Part shown: positions 42,233 through 51,552 of the stretch, in pieces
Numbering within the stretch: position 1 is the stretch's first letter
How the letters are laid out: every line of letters begins with the position of its first letter
DNA from: Acutalibacteraceae bacterium
GTDB lineage: Bacteria; Bacillota; Clostridia; Oscillospirales; Acutalibacteraceae
Direction of reading: 5' to 3'
Length of the DNA: 64,000 nt
Assembly: GCA_045603005.1 (NCBI GenBank)
Contig: JAZULG010000124.1
Coordinates: 8,124-72,123, forward strand
Program-made: the position numbers and the translations under genes
The notes under the pieces: generated by a model
Database searches by the model: none
Told to the model about the DNA's origin: nothing
What the model saw: only the letters and a program-made list of their open reading frames with translations

Positions 42233-42991
42233 ATGGAAAAAATTCAGTATAAATTAGATGTCTTTGAGGGACCCATGGACCTCCTCCTACATCTTATAAG
42301 TAAGCATAAACTTAATATTAATGATATACCTATCTTCGAGCTTGTTGAACAGTATATTGATTATGTTCACAAAATGGAAGAGGCTGATATGGAAATTGCA
42401 AGCGACTTTCTCGAAATGGCAGCGAGACTCGTCTACATTAAATCCGTAGCCCTTCTGCCTGTACACGAGGAAGCTGACAACCTGAAAAAAGAGCTCACCG
42501 GTGAGCTCCTCGAATATCAGGATTGTAAGAAGATGGCGGCCAAAATTGCCGAAACTGCTGACGGATTCGATTATTTTTATCGCAGTACAATGAAAATTGA
42601 GGCTGATAAAAAATACGAGCGTCTGCATGAAAGCAGCGAACTTGCTACATATTATCTTGAAGCAGTGGGACGTGGTAAAAGAAAGCTTCCGCCTCCCATT
42701 GAAGCTTTTACGGCCATTGTTACGAAGAAAATTGTTTCAGTTGCATCACGGCTTGGCGGTATCTTTTCAAGGCTGAAAAGAAGATCTGTTAACCGTCTCG
42801 GAGATTTTTTCGAGGATACCTCTTCAAAATCGGAAATCGTTGCAACCTTTCTTGCTATTCTTGAACTTATCAAAGCACGAAAAATCACGGTAGACGGTGA
42901 AGGAGAAAATTCTTTGGTCGAAAAATCGGGTGACATCGATAACATAGAAGAGTTTATTCTTAACTCGGAAGGGGATGATTATGGTGAATGA
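42233..42991 (+). CDS. scpA: Segregation and condensation protein A
   Basis: FEGPMDLLLHLISKHKLNINDIPI, LEMAARLVYIKS. Confidence 0.9.
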   Translation: MEKIQYKLDVFEGPMDLLLHLISKHKLNINDIPIFELVEQYIDYVHKMEEADMEIASDFLEMAARLVYIKSVALLPVHEEADNLKKELTGELLEYQDCKKMAAKIAETADGFDYFYRSTMKIEADKKYERLHESSELATYYLEAVGRGKRKLPPPIEAFTAIVTKKIVSVASRLGGIFSRLKRRSVNRLGDFFEDTSSKSEIVATFLAILELIKARKITVDGEGENSLVEKSGDIDNIEEFILNSEGDDYGE

Positions 42992-43571
42992 TATCGAATT
43001 ACTTTCAACGCTTGAGGCAGTTCTGTTTGCTATCGGAGAGCCCATTGAACTCAGCAGATTATCACAGGGCCTGCAGACAGAGCAGGGGATAATCGAAAAC
43101 GCATTACATATTCTTAAAGAAAAATATGAGTCGCCCGAATCAGGTCTTTGCCTTCTTAAGCTCGACGATAAGTATCAGCTTTGCACTAAAAAGATATTTG
43201 CAGATACGATAAGACGTGTAATCGAAATTAAAAAGAATGCGCCTCTGTCTCAGGCTGCATTTGAGGTGCTTGCTATTGTTGCATACAATCAGCCTGTCAC
43301 AAAGGCATTTATTGAGCAGATAAGAGGTGTTGACTGTACTGCGGTTATTACTAACCTTTCTCAGAAATCACTCATTGAAGAAAAGGGAAGACTTGACCTC
43401 CCAGGAAGACCGCTGATTTACGGCACGACTCCCGAATTTCTTCGTTGCTTTTGCATATCCTCGCTTGATGAGCTTCCTGAGTTACCTGAAAAAGAAAAAA
43501 ACGAAGAAATTGCCGAAAATATGCAAGAAGATTTAGATTTAGTAGTTGACGAAAACAAAAATTTAGGGTAA
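42975..43571 (+). CDS. scpB: Segregation and condensation protein B
   Basis: LEAVLFAIGEPI, LSQAAFEVLAIVAYNQPVTKAFIEQIRGV, GRPLIYGTT. The start is ambiguous between ATG 42975 and ATG 42981. Confidence 0.9.
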   Translation: MIMVNDIELLSTLEAVLFAIGEPIELSRLSQGLQTEQGIIENALHILKEKYESPESGLCLLKLDDKYQLCTKKIFADTIRRVIEIKKNAPLSQAAFEVLAIVAYNQPVTKAFIEQIRGVDCTAVITNLSQKSLIEEKGRLDLPGRPLIYGTTPEFLRCFCISSLDELPELPEKEKNEEIAENMQEDLDLVVDENKNLG

Positions 43572-43604
43572 CATATAATAAGTAAGTTTTAAGGTGGTGA
43601 AGAA

Positions 43605-44321
43605 TTGAACGCTTTCCATATTGTATTATGCGTAATAGCAGGAATAATTGCATTCTTCGTTCTAATTCTTTCAGTACCGATTCATGTTTCTGTTGGCTAT
43701 GATAACAAAATCAGGCTATCTGTCCGTTACTTATTTATAAAGCTTAATATTTTGCCGGCGGGAGAGAAAAAGCCAAAGGAAGAAAAACCGAAGAAAGAAA
43801 AACCGAAAAAAGAAAAGCCGCCAAAAGAACCGAAAGAGAAAAAGCCCAATCCTATTGTGCAAATGGTTAAAGCTAACGGTTATGATGGTATGATGCTTGT
43901 TTTGCAGAACCTCGGACGTGTTATGAGTATATACGGAGGCAAGCTTTTCAGAAGCGTTGTGTTTGACGAAATTACACTTCACATTTGTGTCGGTACCGGT
44001 GATTCAGCCGCAACCGCCATAAAGTACGGCAAAACATGTCAGAAGGTTTATCCGATTTTCGGATTCATATGCTCAAATAATCTTGTAAGACGGTACGATA
44101 TTGACGTACATCCGGATTTTCTTGCAAATAAAACAGAAAGCGAATTCTTCACTGATTTTCACATCTGTTTAAGAAAAATAATAAATGCAAGCATCGGGAT
44201 GATTTTCAGATTACTGTTCAAGGTTGTGCTTAAGTTCCTTAAGGGTGCTAAAAACGCTCCCAAGGACCATAACGACATAAATAACACTCAAAAAGCTACT
44301 CAAACAGAAATGAAAGGATGA
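43605..44321 (+). CDS. ytfI: YtfI-like (DUF2953-type) sporulation membrane protein
   Basis: TTG start after AAGGTGGTG. It has an N-terminal TM and sits directly upstream of ytfJ, as in B. subtilis ytfI-ytfJ. The family assignment is from memory. Confidence 0.55.
   Translation: MNAFHIVLCVIAGIIAFFVLILSVPIHVSVGYDNKIRLSVRYLFIKLNILPAGEKKPKEEKPKKEKPKKEKPPKEPKEKKPNPIVQMVKANGYDGMMLVLQNLGRVMSIYGGKLFRSVVFDEITLHICVGTGDSAATAIKYGKTCQKVYPIFGFICSNNLVRRYDIDVHPDFLANKTESEFFTDFHICLRKIINASIGMIFRLLFKVVLKFLKGAKNAPKDHNDINNTQKATQTEMKG
43762..43848 (+). repeat. Coding Lys/Glu/Pro low-complexity tract with imperfect 15-nt repeats
   Basis: GEKKPKEEKPKKEKPKKEKPPKEPKEKKP. The DNA units are GAAAAACCGAAGAAA / GAAAAACCGAAAAAA / GAAAAGCCGCCAAAA. 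Confidence 0.8.
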
Positions 44322-44327
44322 TATACA

Positions 44328-44732
44328 ATGGCAGAAAAATCAGCAGGTGCAATTCTTGCATCAACAATCGAAAAAATCCGTGAGCTTGTTGATACAAGCA
44401 CTATAATCGGTGAGCCCATCTACGCAGAGGGCGGTACAACTATTATCCCCGTATCAAAGGTTACATACGGCTTTGCATCCGGCGGAGCTGATTTCCCCTC
44501 CAAGAGCACTAAAGAGCTTTTCGGCGGTGGCGGCGGCGCAGGTGTTACAATTACACCCGTTGCTTTCCTCGTTATTAACGGTGGAGAGGTAACTCTTAAG
44601 CATATTACCGCTTATGATAATGCTGCCGAAAGAGTTGTCAACCTTGTTCCTGAAATGTTTGACAAGGTAACAGGTCTTATGAATAAGACAAAGAAGGATG
44701 TTGCACCTGCAGACACAGATGCTCAGGCCTAA
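44328..44732 (+). CDS. ytfJ: YtfJ/GerW-family sporulation protein
   Basis: IGEPIYAEGGTTIIPVSKVTYGFASGG...GGGGGAGVTITPVAFLVI is characteristic of YtfJ. Confidence 0.8.
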   Translation: MAEKSAGAILASTIEKIRELVDTSTIIGEPIYAEGGTTIIPVSKVTYGFASGGADFPSKSTKELFGGGGGAGVTITPVAFLVINGGEVTLKHITAYDNAAERVVNLVPEMFDKVTGLMNKTKKDVAPADTDAQA

Positions 44733-44756
44733 TTATACAAAGCAATAATTTTAATA

Positions 44757-44798
44757 CAACCGCCTGCATATTATATATCGGCAGGTGGTTGCTTTGTT
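44757..44798 (+). terminator. Rho-independent terminator overlapping the dacB start region
   Basis: 11-bp stem CAACCGCCTGC (44757-44767) pairs with GCAGGTGGTTG (44781-44791) with one G-U pair, then CTTTGTT. Confidence 0.6.
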
Positions 44799-45906
44799 AA
44801 TTAAAAAGTTATTAATTCCCGTATTATTACTGTCATTATTTTGTTTTTCAGCTAATTCGCTGAGTGAAACTGAGCTTAGTGCCCGGTCTGCGGTTGTTAT
44901 TGAAGCCGACAGTAACACTGTTTTGTTTCAAAAAAATATGTCTGAAAGGCTTTCTATGGCGAGCACAACAAAAATCATGACAGCGATATTGGCGATTGAA
45001 TCCGGTAAGCTCGGATGTACGGTTACAGCTGAGAGGGATATAATATGTGAAGGCACATCGATATCTATTGAAAAAGGGGATTGCTTTACCCTTGAAACTC
45101 TTGTTTGGGCGATTCTTCTTGAATCAGGTAATGACGCTGCAATCCTAATCGCTGAGTACTTGTCGGGAAGCGAGGCTGCATTTGCCGAAGCTATGAATAA
45201 TAAGGCGGACTCAATCGGTTTATCTGATACTAATTTCGTTACTTCATCAGGGCTTGATGCCGATGAACACTATACAACAGCATACGATATGGCTTTGCTC
45301 GCTTCCTACGCTGTTAAAAATCCGGTTTTCAGAAAAATATGTTCAAGTGAAACTTATGTTGCTACTTATATTTCACCGGAAATTTCTGAAACATATACAA
45401 ATCATAATAAGCTTCTGAGAATGTACGATGGCGTATTTGGTGTAAAAACCGGTTTCACAAAAAAGAGCGGCAGATGTCTTGTAAGTGCCTGTGAGAAAGA
45501 GGGAAAAACGCTTGTAGCGGTTACACTGAAAGCTCCGGATGATTGGAATGATCATATAAAACTTTACGATTATTGCTTTAATAAGATATCTTCAATGCAT
45601 ATTGATATTCAACTACCCTCAAAAATAAAGGTTTACGGTTCAAAACAGCAATATATTGAAATTTCTGCTGATTCTCTTAAAGAAAGCAGTTATTTTCCTG
45701 AGTATATCACATATGTGGTTGTTTTACCCGAATTTCTCTATGCTCCGGTATGCAAACACGATACTATAGGGAAAATTATTGTATTCGTCAACGGGAAAAA
45801 GTACAAAGAGCTTCCAATCACAGCACGAACAGATGCTTTGCCCGTTGAGGGCAGAAGCAGACCTGAATATTCATTTTTTGACAAGCTTATAAATATTTTT
45901 ATGTAA
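44785..45906 (+). CDS. dacB: Serine-type D-Ala-D-Ala carboxypeptidase (S11 PBP)
   Basis: Signal peptide, SxxK (SMASTTK), SxN (ESGND), KTG (KTGFT). The start is either GTG 44785 or TTG 44794, both inside the terminator. The symbol is assigned by synteny with scpAB. Confidence 0.8.
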   Translation: MVALLIKKLLIPVLLLSLFCFSANSLSETELSARSAVVIEADSNTVLFQKNMSERLSMASTTKIMTAILAIESGKLGCTVTAERDIICEGTSISIEKGDCFTLETLVWAILLESGNDAAILIAEYLSGSEAAFAEAMNNKADSIGLSDTNFVTSSGLDADEHYTTAYDMALLASYAVKNPVFRKICSSETYVATYISPEISETYTNHNKLLRMYDGVFGVKTGFTKKSGRCLVSACEKEGKTLVAVTLKAPDDWNDHIKLYDYCFNKISSMHIDIQLPSKIKVYGSKQQYIEISADSLKESSYFPEYITYVVVLPEFLYAPVCKHDTIGKIIVFVNGKKYKELPITARTDALPVEGRSRPEYSFFDKLINIFM

Positions 45907-45920
45907 AACACATTGAAAGG

Positions 45921-46673
45921 ATGAGTAAAATGACAGACGGTATAGTCAGGCTTCAGAAATTCCTTGCGGAAAGCGGTGTAGCTTCACGAAGAAAAAGTGA
46001 AGAGCTTATTGAGTCCGGCAAAGTCAAGGTAAACGGACATATTGCTTCAATTGGGGATAAAATCAACCCAAAGAAGGACACTGTAACAGTAAGCGGTAAA
46101 AAGATTGTTAAGCAAAAGGATAACACATATATAATGCTTCATAAGCCTCGCGGTTTTATTACAACAATGAGCGATGAGATGGACAGAAAGTGTGTTGCCG
46201 AGCTTATTAAAGACGTTAAATGCAGAGTTTTTCCCGTTGGCAGACTCGACAGAGATTCGGAGGGAATGCTCTTATTTACAAATGACGGTGAATTTGCAAA
46301 TGCACTTACTCATCCGACACGCCACGTAGCAAAGACCTACAGAGTGACAGTACGTCCGTCAATTTCCGAGGAACAGATTACAGCTCTAACAGAAGGTATA
46401 ATTATCGAAGACAGAAAAACTGCTCCTGCTGAAGTTCATATTGTTACAAAAGAAGAAAATAGGGTTGTTCTCGAGATAATATTGTATGAAGGCCGCAACA
46501 GACAGATAAGAAAAATGTGTGAAGAGGTTGGACTTGAGGTTGCCCGTTTAAAAAGAACTGCAATTGGTTCAATAAAGCTTGGCATGCTTAAGCAGGGCTC
46601 ATGGCGCCATCTTACGGATGATGAAGTAAGAAAGCTTATGATTGCTGCGGGTATGGAAAGAAAGAAGAAATAA
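45921..46673 (+). CDS. rluB: Pseudouridine synthase RluB/RsuA family
   Basis: S4 N-terminus (RLQKFLAESGVASRRKSEELI) and catalytic GRLDRDSEGMLLFTNDG. Confidence 0.9.
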   Translation: MSKMTDGIVRLQKFLAESGVASRRKSEELIESGKVKVNGHIASIGDKINPKKDTVTVSGKKIVKQKDNTYIMLHKPRGFITTMSDEMDRKCVAELIKDVKCRVFPVGRLDRDSEGMLLFTNDGEFANALTHPTRHVAKTYRVTVRPSISEEQITALTEGIIIEDRKTAPAEVHIVTKEENRVVLEIILYEGRNRQIRKMCEEVGLEVARLKRTAIGSIKLGMLKQGSWRHLTDDEVRKLMIAAGMERKKK

Positions 46674-46674
46674 T

Positions 46675-47016
46675 ATGATATTTTTTGAACACAGAATAGA
46701 TAAATGTAATGAAAATGAAATAGAATTCGAGGCTTTAGTTGACGGCAATTCAAGCGGTAAATGTATTTTGATACTCAGAGATAATATTGCAGAAATCACT
46801 GAAATCAGTTACGAAAATAACAAGCCGTATATTCTTGACGGTCTTGTCAGAGCTGCATTTAATTTTGCTGCAAACAGAAATTATTACATCGGTTTATGCA
46901 GTGCAAAGGGTATCGACGAGCATCTCATCAAAATGAATTTTAATAAAACTGAAGCAGGTTATAGCAATGATATACCCTCAATTCTTATGGGAAGCTGCAA
47001 GAACTGTATAAATTGA
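46675..47016 (+). CDS. Hypothetical 113-aa protein
   Basis: ATG 46675 lies 1 nt after the rluB stop. No recognisable motif except a C-terminal CKNC. Coding status rests on ORF length and position only. Confidence 0.4.
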   Translation: MIFFEHRIDKCNENEIEFEALVDGNSSGKCILILRDNIAEITEISYENNKPYILDGLVRAAFNFAANRNYYIGLCSAKGIDEHLIKMNFNKTEAGYSNDIPSILMGSCKNCIN

Positions 47017-47026
47017 TTATTTTATT

Positions 47027-47055
47027 TGACAAGCAGCGTGAAATTGTATATAATT
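47027..47055 (+). promoter_or_regulatory. Consensus sigma-A promoter upstream of yicC
   Basis: TTGACA (47027-47032), 17-nt spacer, TATAAT (47050-47055). Both hexamers are perfect. Confidence 0.7.
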
Positions 47056-47109
47056 ATAAGAATAAAGGTATCTAAATAATTCATACGGCTTGTACGGAGG
47101 AAATAAATT

Positions 47110-47988
47110 ATGATCAGAAGTATGACAGGCTTCGGCAGAGCTCAGGAAATAATTGACGGAATGAGCATAACTGTCGAAATGAAAAGTGTTAATCACAGAT
47201 ATTTTGATTTTTCATCAAGGGTACCCAGAACCTTTGGATTTCTTGATGAAAAGCTTAAAACGTATATTCAATCTGCTGTTTCAAGAGGCAAAATGGAGTG
47301 CTTTGTTCAGATTGAAGAGCTCCGTCAGGAGGATTGCATAGTCTCTGTCAATCATTCTCTTGCAAAGGGATATATAAATGCGCTGAACGAGCTTTGCGAT
47401 ACATATGAGCTCAAAAATGATATGACTGTTTCCTCTGTTGCCCGCTATCATGATATTTTTTCTGTACACAAGAACGAAGCAGATGAAGAACGTATCTGGA
47501 ACGCTGTAAAGACAGTAACAGATTCTGCTCTTAAAAACTTTATCGCTATGCGTGAGCGTGAGGGTGAAAAGCTTAAAAACGATGTACTTGAGCGTTGTGA
47601 GTTAATTCTTAATAATGTCAGCTTTATAGAGGAAAGATCTCCGCAGACTGTTGCAGAGTATAATGCAAAGCTTATTGAGCGTATGCGTAATGTTCTTGAG
47701 GATGTCAATGTTGATGAGCAGCGTCTTCTGACTGAAGCAGCGATATATGCCGATAAGGTTGCTGTCGCTGAAGAGACAGTACGTCTCAGAAGTCATATAA
47801 GCCAGATGCACGAATTTATGACAAGCTCCGAAGCAATCGGCAGAAAAATGGATTTTCTTATTCAGGAGTTTAACCGAGAAGCAAACACAATCGGCTCAAA
47901 GGCTCAGGATGTTGAAATTGCACGCAGAGTTATTGATATTAAGGCTGAGATTGAAAAAATCAGGGAACAGATTCAAAATATTGAATAA
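47110..47988 (+). CDS. yicC: YicC-family stress-induced protein (putative endoribonuclease)
   Basis: MIRSMTGFGRA start, SVNHRY, C-terminal DFLIQEFNREANTIGSKA. Confidence 0.85.
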   Translation: MIRSMTGFGRAQEIIDGMSITVEMKSVNHRYFDFSSRVPRTFGFLDEKLKTYIQSAVSRGKMECFVQIEELRQEDCIVSVNHSLAKGYINALNELCDTYELKNDMTVSSVARYHDIFSVHKNEADEERIWNAVKTVTDSALKNFIAMREREGEKLKNDVLERCELILNNVSFIEERSPQTVAEYNAKLIERMRNVLEDVNVDEQRLLTEAAIYADKVAVAEETVRLRSHISQMHEFMTSSEAIGRKMDFLIQEFNREANTIGSKAQDVEIARRVIDIKAEIEKIREQIQNIE

Positions 47989-48000
47989 CAGGGTGATGTT

Positions 48001-48270
48001 ATGAAGTTAATAAATATCGGATTCGGTAATATGATCAATGCTAACAGACTTGTTGCTATTGTCAGTCACGATTCTGCACCTATAAAAAGAATTATTCAGG
48101 AGTGCAAAGAGAGAGGAACGCTCATTGATGCAACTCAGGGCAGACGTACGAGAGCAGTTATCATTATGGACAGCGACCACGTGATTCTTACATATCTCCA
48201 GTGTGAGACTGTTGCTAACAGACTTAACTCCGACGATGATGAAATTGTGGAGGACTGCGAAAATGAATAA
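48001..48270 (+). CDS. remA: RemA/DUF370-family regulator
   Basis: [28 protein letters not shown]...[17 protein letters not shown]. Confidence 0.85.
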   Translation: MKLINIGFGNMINANRLVAIVSHDSAPIKRIIQECKERGTLIDATQGRRTRAVIIMDSDHVILTYLQCETVANRLNSDDDEIVEDCENE

Positions 48271-48874
48271 AGGAATCCTCGTTGTAGTTTCTGCTCCGTC
48301 CGGTTGCGGAAAGGACACTGTTGTTGCCGAGGTACTGAAAAAAATGCCTGACAGATGCTTTTTGTCTGTTTCTATGACAACGCGTCCTATGCGAAAAGGC
48401 GAAGAAGAGGGTATTCAGTATTTCTTCGTAAGCCGTGACGAGTTTCAGAAGCATATTGATGACGGTGATATGCTGGAATATGCAGTCTATGGCGACAATA
48501 TGTACGGCACACCAATCAAGCCTGTCAGGGATATGCTCGATAGCGGCAAAACCGTTTTCCTCATTATTGAGGTTGAAGGTGGCGGAAACGTCAGAAAGGC
48601 TTTTCCTGATGCAACGAAAATTTTCATTATACCGCCTTCAATGGCTGAGCTTGAAAGACGCCTGAGAGGTCGCGGAACAGACAGCGAAGACGTTATTCTT
48701 AAAAGGCTCGAAATTGCTAAAGGCGAGATTATGAGAGCCGAAGAATACGATTTTATTGTTGAAAATGATAAGCTTGAAAATGCAGTTGAGGATGTTATCT
48801 CCATAGTTAACTCACAACTTTTAAAAATTGATAAAATGAAAAATAAGATAAAAGAGGTAATTGAAAATGCTTAA
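48263..48874 (+). CDS. gmk: Guanylate kinase
   Basis: ATG 48263. P-loop [28 protein letters not shown]. Confidence 0.95.
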   Translation: MNKGILVVVSAPSGCGKDTVVAEVLKKMPDRCFLSVSMTTRPMRKGEEEGIQYFFVSRDEFQKHIDDGDMLEYAVYGDNMYGTPIKPVRDMLDSGKTVFLIIEVEGGGNVRKAFPDATKIFIIPPSMAELERRLRGRGTDSEDVILKRLEIAKGEIMRAEEYDFIVENDKLENAVEDVISIVNSQLLKIDKMKNKIKEVIENA

Positions 48875-49076
48875 TCCCGATTTAAGAGATTTACTTAAGG
48901 ACAACACAAGCCGTTATTCACTTGTTATAGCGGTTGCAAAAAGAGCAAGAGAGGTTTCTGAAAATCCCATTCTTTGCGAGAAATGCGGAACAGAGAAGCC
49001 TGTAACTTACGCACTTGATGAATTCCTTGCAGGCAAGCTTGACATTTGCGAGCCTGATGAAATTAAAAACATCTGA
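48867..49076 (+). CDS. rpoZ: DNA-directed RNA polymerase subunit omega
   Basis: ATG 48867 (MLNPDL...SRYSLVIAVAKRAREV). 69 aa, downstream of gmk as in most Firmicutes. Confidence 0.85.
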   Translation: MLNPDLRDLLKDNTSRYSLVIAVAKRAREVSENPILCEKCGTEKPVTYALDEFLAGKLDICEPDEIKNI

Positions 49077-49093
49077 TAAGGAAGTGAAATGAT

Positions 49094-51538
49094 ATGGAGC
49101 ATATTCTTGCTATGGTTGCTGTAGAAAATGTTGCATATCATTTTGACATTTTATACGGATATCTCGTACCTGAACAATTCATTGACAAGGTAATGCCGGG
49201 AACACGCGTTCTTGTCAGTTTCGGAAAAGGCAAGCATACACTAAGGCAGGGTATTGTTTTCGAAATATCAGCATCTGACAGCAAAAAAGGCTATAAAACG
49301 CTTTCTTCTGTCATTAACGATGAAGATGCCTTTGTAAGTGAAGAAATGCTTCAGATCGCCCGTTTTCTTAAAGACAGAACATTCTGCACATATTTCGAAG
49401 GAGTGCGTGCACAGATTCCCTCAGGATTTTCATATAAGACAACTGTCAGATATTTTGCACGTGCAACAGATGTCAATTCTGCGTTATCTCCGGCTGAATC
49501 CGAAGTTTACAACTATATGCTTTTAAATGATGAACCTCAAACTGATGTCATTATATATAAGGCACTTGGAATCACTCCGGAATCAGGCGTTATTGAAAAA
49601 CTTGTCAAAAAGAATCTTGTTTTAAAAACTACTGATGCCTGCAAAAATTCATCTGAAGCAACAAATAAAAGTGTTTGTCTTGCCGATGGTTATACTGAAG
49701 ATATCAAACTTACCGCTAAGCAGAAGGAGATTGTCGCAGTACTTAAAGATGTTGGTAGCTGTACGCTGAAAGAACTTTGTTATTTTACGGGTTTGACTTC
49801 ATCTGTCATAAATACACTTAATAAAAAAGATGTAGTTGATATTTTTGACAGTGTATATTACAGAATACCTGAGACAGTACTTGAAGATAACAAATTTAAA
49901 AAAGAAATTCATCTGACAGATGAACAGAATAAGGCTTATACTGAATTAAAAAGCAAACTTAATAGCGGTGGAGTTTCTTTACTTTACGGAATAACCGGAA
50001 GCGGTAAAACTTCAGTTTTTCTGTCTCTTATTGACGAGGTAACAGCAAGAGGAAGGCAGGTTATCGTTATGGTGCCTGAAATTTCTCTTACCCCGCAGAT
50101 GATGGCGATATTCAAGGGCAGATACGGTGAGCAGGTTGCAATTTTTCACAGTGCACTTTCAGCCGGTGAAAGAAGAGATGAGTATAAAAGGGTACGAAAC
50201 GGAATGGTTAAGATTGCAGTAGGCACAAGATCAGCTGTTTTTGCTCCTTTCTCAAATCTTGGTCTTATTGTAATCGACGAAGAGCAGGAGCACACTTACA
50301 AATCTGAATCTTCTCCTAAGTATCATACTGTTGATGTTGCAAAATTCAGAGCCAGAAAGCATAATTCACTTCTGCTTCTTGCATCGGCGACACCTTCAAT
50401 TGTAAGCTTTTCTTATTCGAAAAACGGCAATTTTTCTCTCCATACACTAAGCGAAAGGTACGGAAATGCGACGCTACCTGATGTAATTACCGTTGATATG
50501 AAGCGAGAGAGAAAATCAGGTAACAGATATAATATCAGCTCGGCACTGCTTGAGCTGCTTGTTGATAACCTTGAGAATAAAAAGCAATCTATAATACTTA
50601 TCAACAGAAGAGGATATAATACCTTTGCTGCCTGCGATAGCTGCGGAAGCGTGGTTAATTGTCCGCACTGCAGTATTTCACTCACGTATCATAGTGCCAA
50701 CAACAGACTGATGTGCCATTACTGCGGCTTTTCAAAGCCGTTTACAAAAAAATGTGATGAATGCGGCAAGGACGATATGAAATACTTCGGCTACGGTACT
50801 CAGAAAATTGAGGAAGAAATTGCCGAGCTTCTGCCTGAGGCACGTGTGCTCAGAATGGATGCTGATACAACCTCTTCAAGGCACGCATTTGAAAAGGGTA
50901 TTATTGATTTCGGCGACGGAAAATATGACATTCTTCTCGGCACTCAGATGGTTGCAAAGGGACTAAACTTTGAAAATGTAACTGTTGTCGGAGTTATAAA
51001 TGCCGATCAGCAGCTCAATAATGACGATTTCAGAAGCGAAGAGAGAACCTTTGATCTGATTACCCAGGTTGTCGGACGCTCAGGAAGAGGAAATTTTAAA
51101 GGTGTTGCAGTTATACAGACGATGACACCCGAAAATCACATAATACAGCTTGCTCAGAAGCAGGATTACATAGGCTTTTACAATAATGAAATAATAATCC
51201 GTAAGGCACTTGTTTATCCACCGTACTGTGATATGTGCGTAATCAGTTTCAGCAGTGAGAAGGAGCTGAAGGTTATGGAGTGCTCTAAAGAGTTTCTCAA
51301 AGACTTTCAGAGCTCCGTTGAAGGAAGATACAACAGGCAGAAGGTTATTGTGCTCGGCCCATTACCTGCAAGAATCTCTAAAATGAGCAACAAATATCGA
51401 TACAGAATTATAATTAAATGCAAAAACAGCAGAAGCTTCAGAGAAATGATATCCGAATTACTGATTGCATACGGTAAGAGCAAAAAATATTCCGATATAT
51501 CGGTAAATGTCGATATTAACCCTGAAAATCTGTTATAA
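49094..51538 (+). CDS. priA: Primosomal replication restart helicase PriA
   Basis: Walker A GITGSGKT, DEEQ box, Cys-rich zinc region CDSCGSVVNCPHCSISLTYH...CHYCG...CDECG. Confidence 0.95.
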   Translation: MEHILAMVAVENVAYHFDILYGYLVPEQFIDKVMPGTRVLVSFGKGKHTLRQGIVFEISASDSKKGYKTLSSVINDEDAFVSEEMLQIARFLKDRTFCTYFEGVRAQIPSGFSYKTTVRYFARATDVNSALSPAESEVYNYMLLNDEPQTDVIIYKALGITPESGVIEKLVKKNLVLKTTDACKNSSEATNKSVCLADGYTEDIKLTAKQKEIVAVLKDVGSCTLKELCYFTGLTSSVINTLNKKDVVDIFDSVYYRIPETVLEDNKFKKEIHLTDEQNKAYTELKSKLNSGGVSLLYGITGSGKTSVFLSLIDEVTARGRQVIVMVPEISLTPQMMAIFKGRYGEQVAIFHSALSAGERRDEYKRVRNGMVKIAVGTRSAVFAPFSNLGLIVIDEEQEHTYKSESSPKYHTVDVAKFRARKHNSLLLLASATPSIVSFSYSKNGNFSLHTLSERYGNATLPDVITVDMKRERKSGNRYNISSALLELLVDNLENKKQSIILINRRGYNTFAACDSCGSVVNCPHCSISLTYHSANNRLMCHYCGFSKPFTKKCDECGKDDMKYFGYGTQKIEEEIAELLPEARVLRMDADTTSSRHAFEKGIIDFGDGKYDILLGTQMVAKGLNFENVTVVGVINADQQLNNDDFRSEERTFDLITQVVGRSGRGNFKGVAVIQTMTPENHIIQLAQKQDYIGFYNNEIIIRKALVYPPYCDMCVISFSSEKELKVMECSKEFLKDFQSSVEGRYNRQKVIVLGPLPARISKMSNKYRYRIIIKCKNSRSFREMISELLIAYGKSKKYSDISVNVDINPENLL

Positions 51539-51552
51539 ACAGGAGAGTAAAT

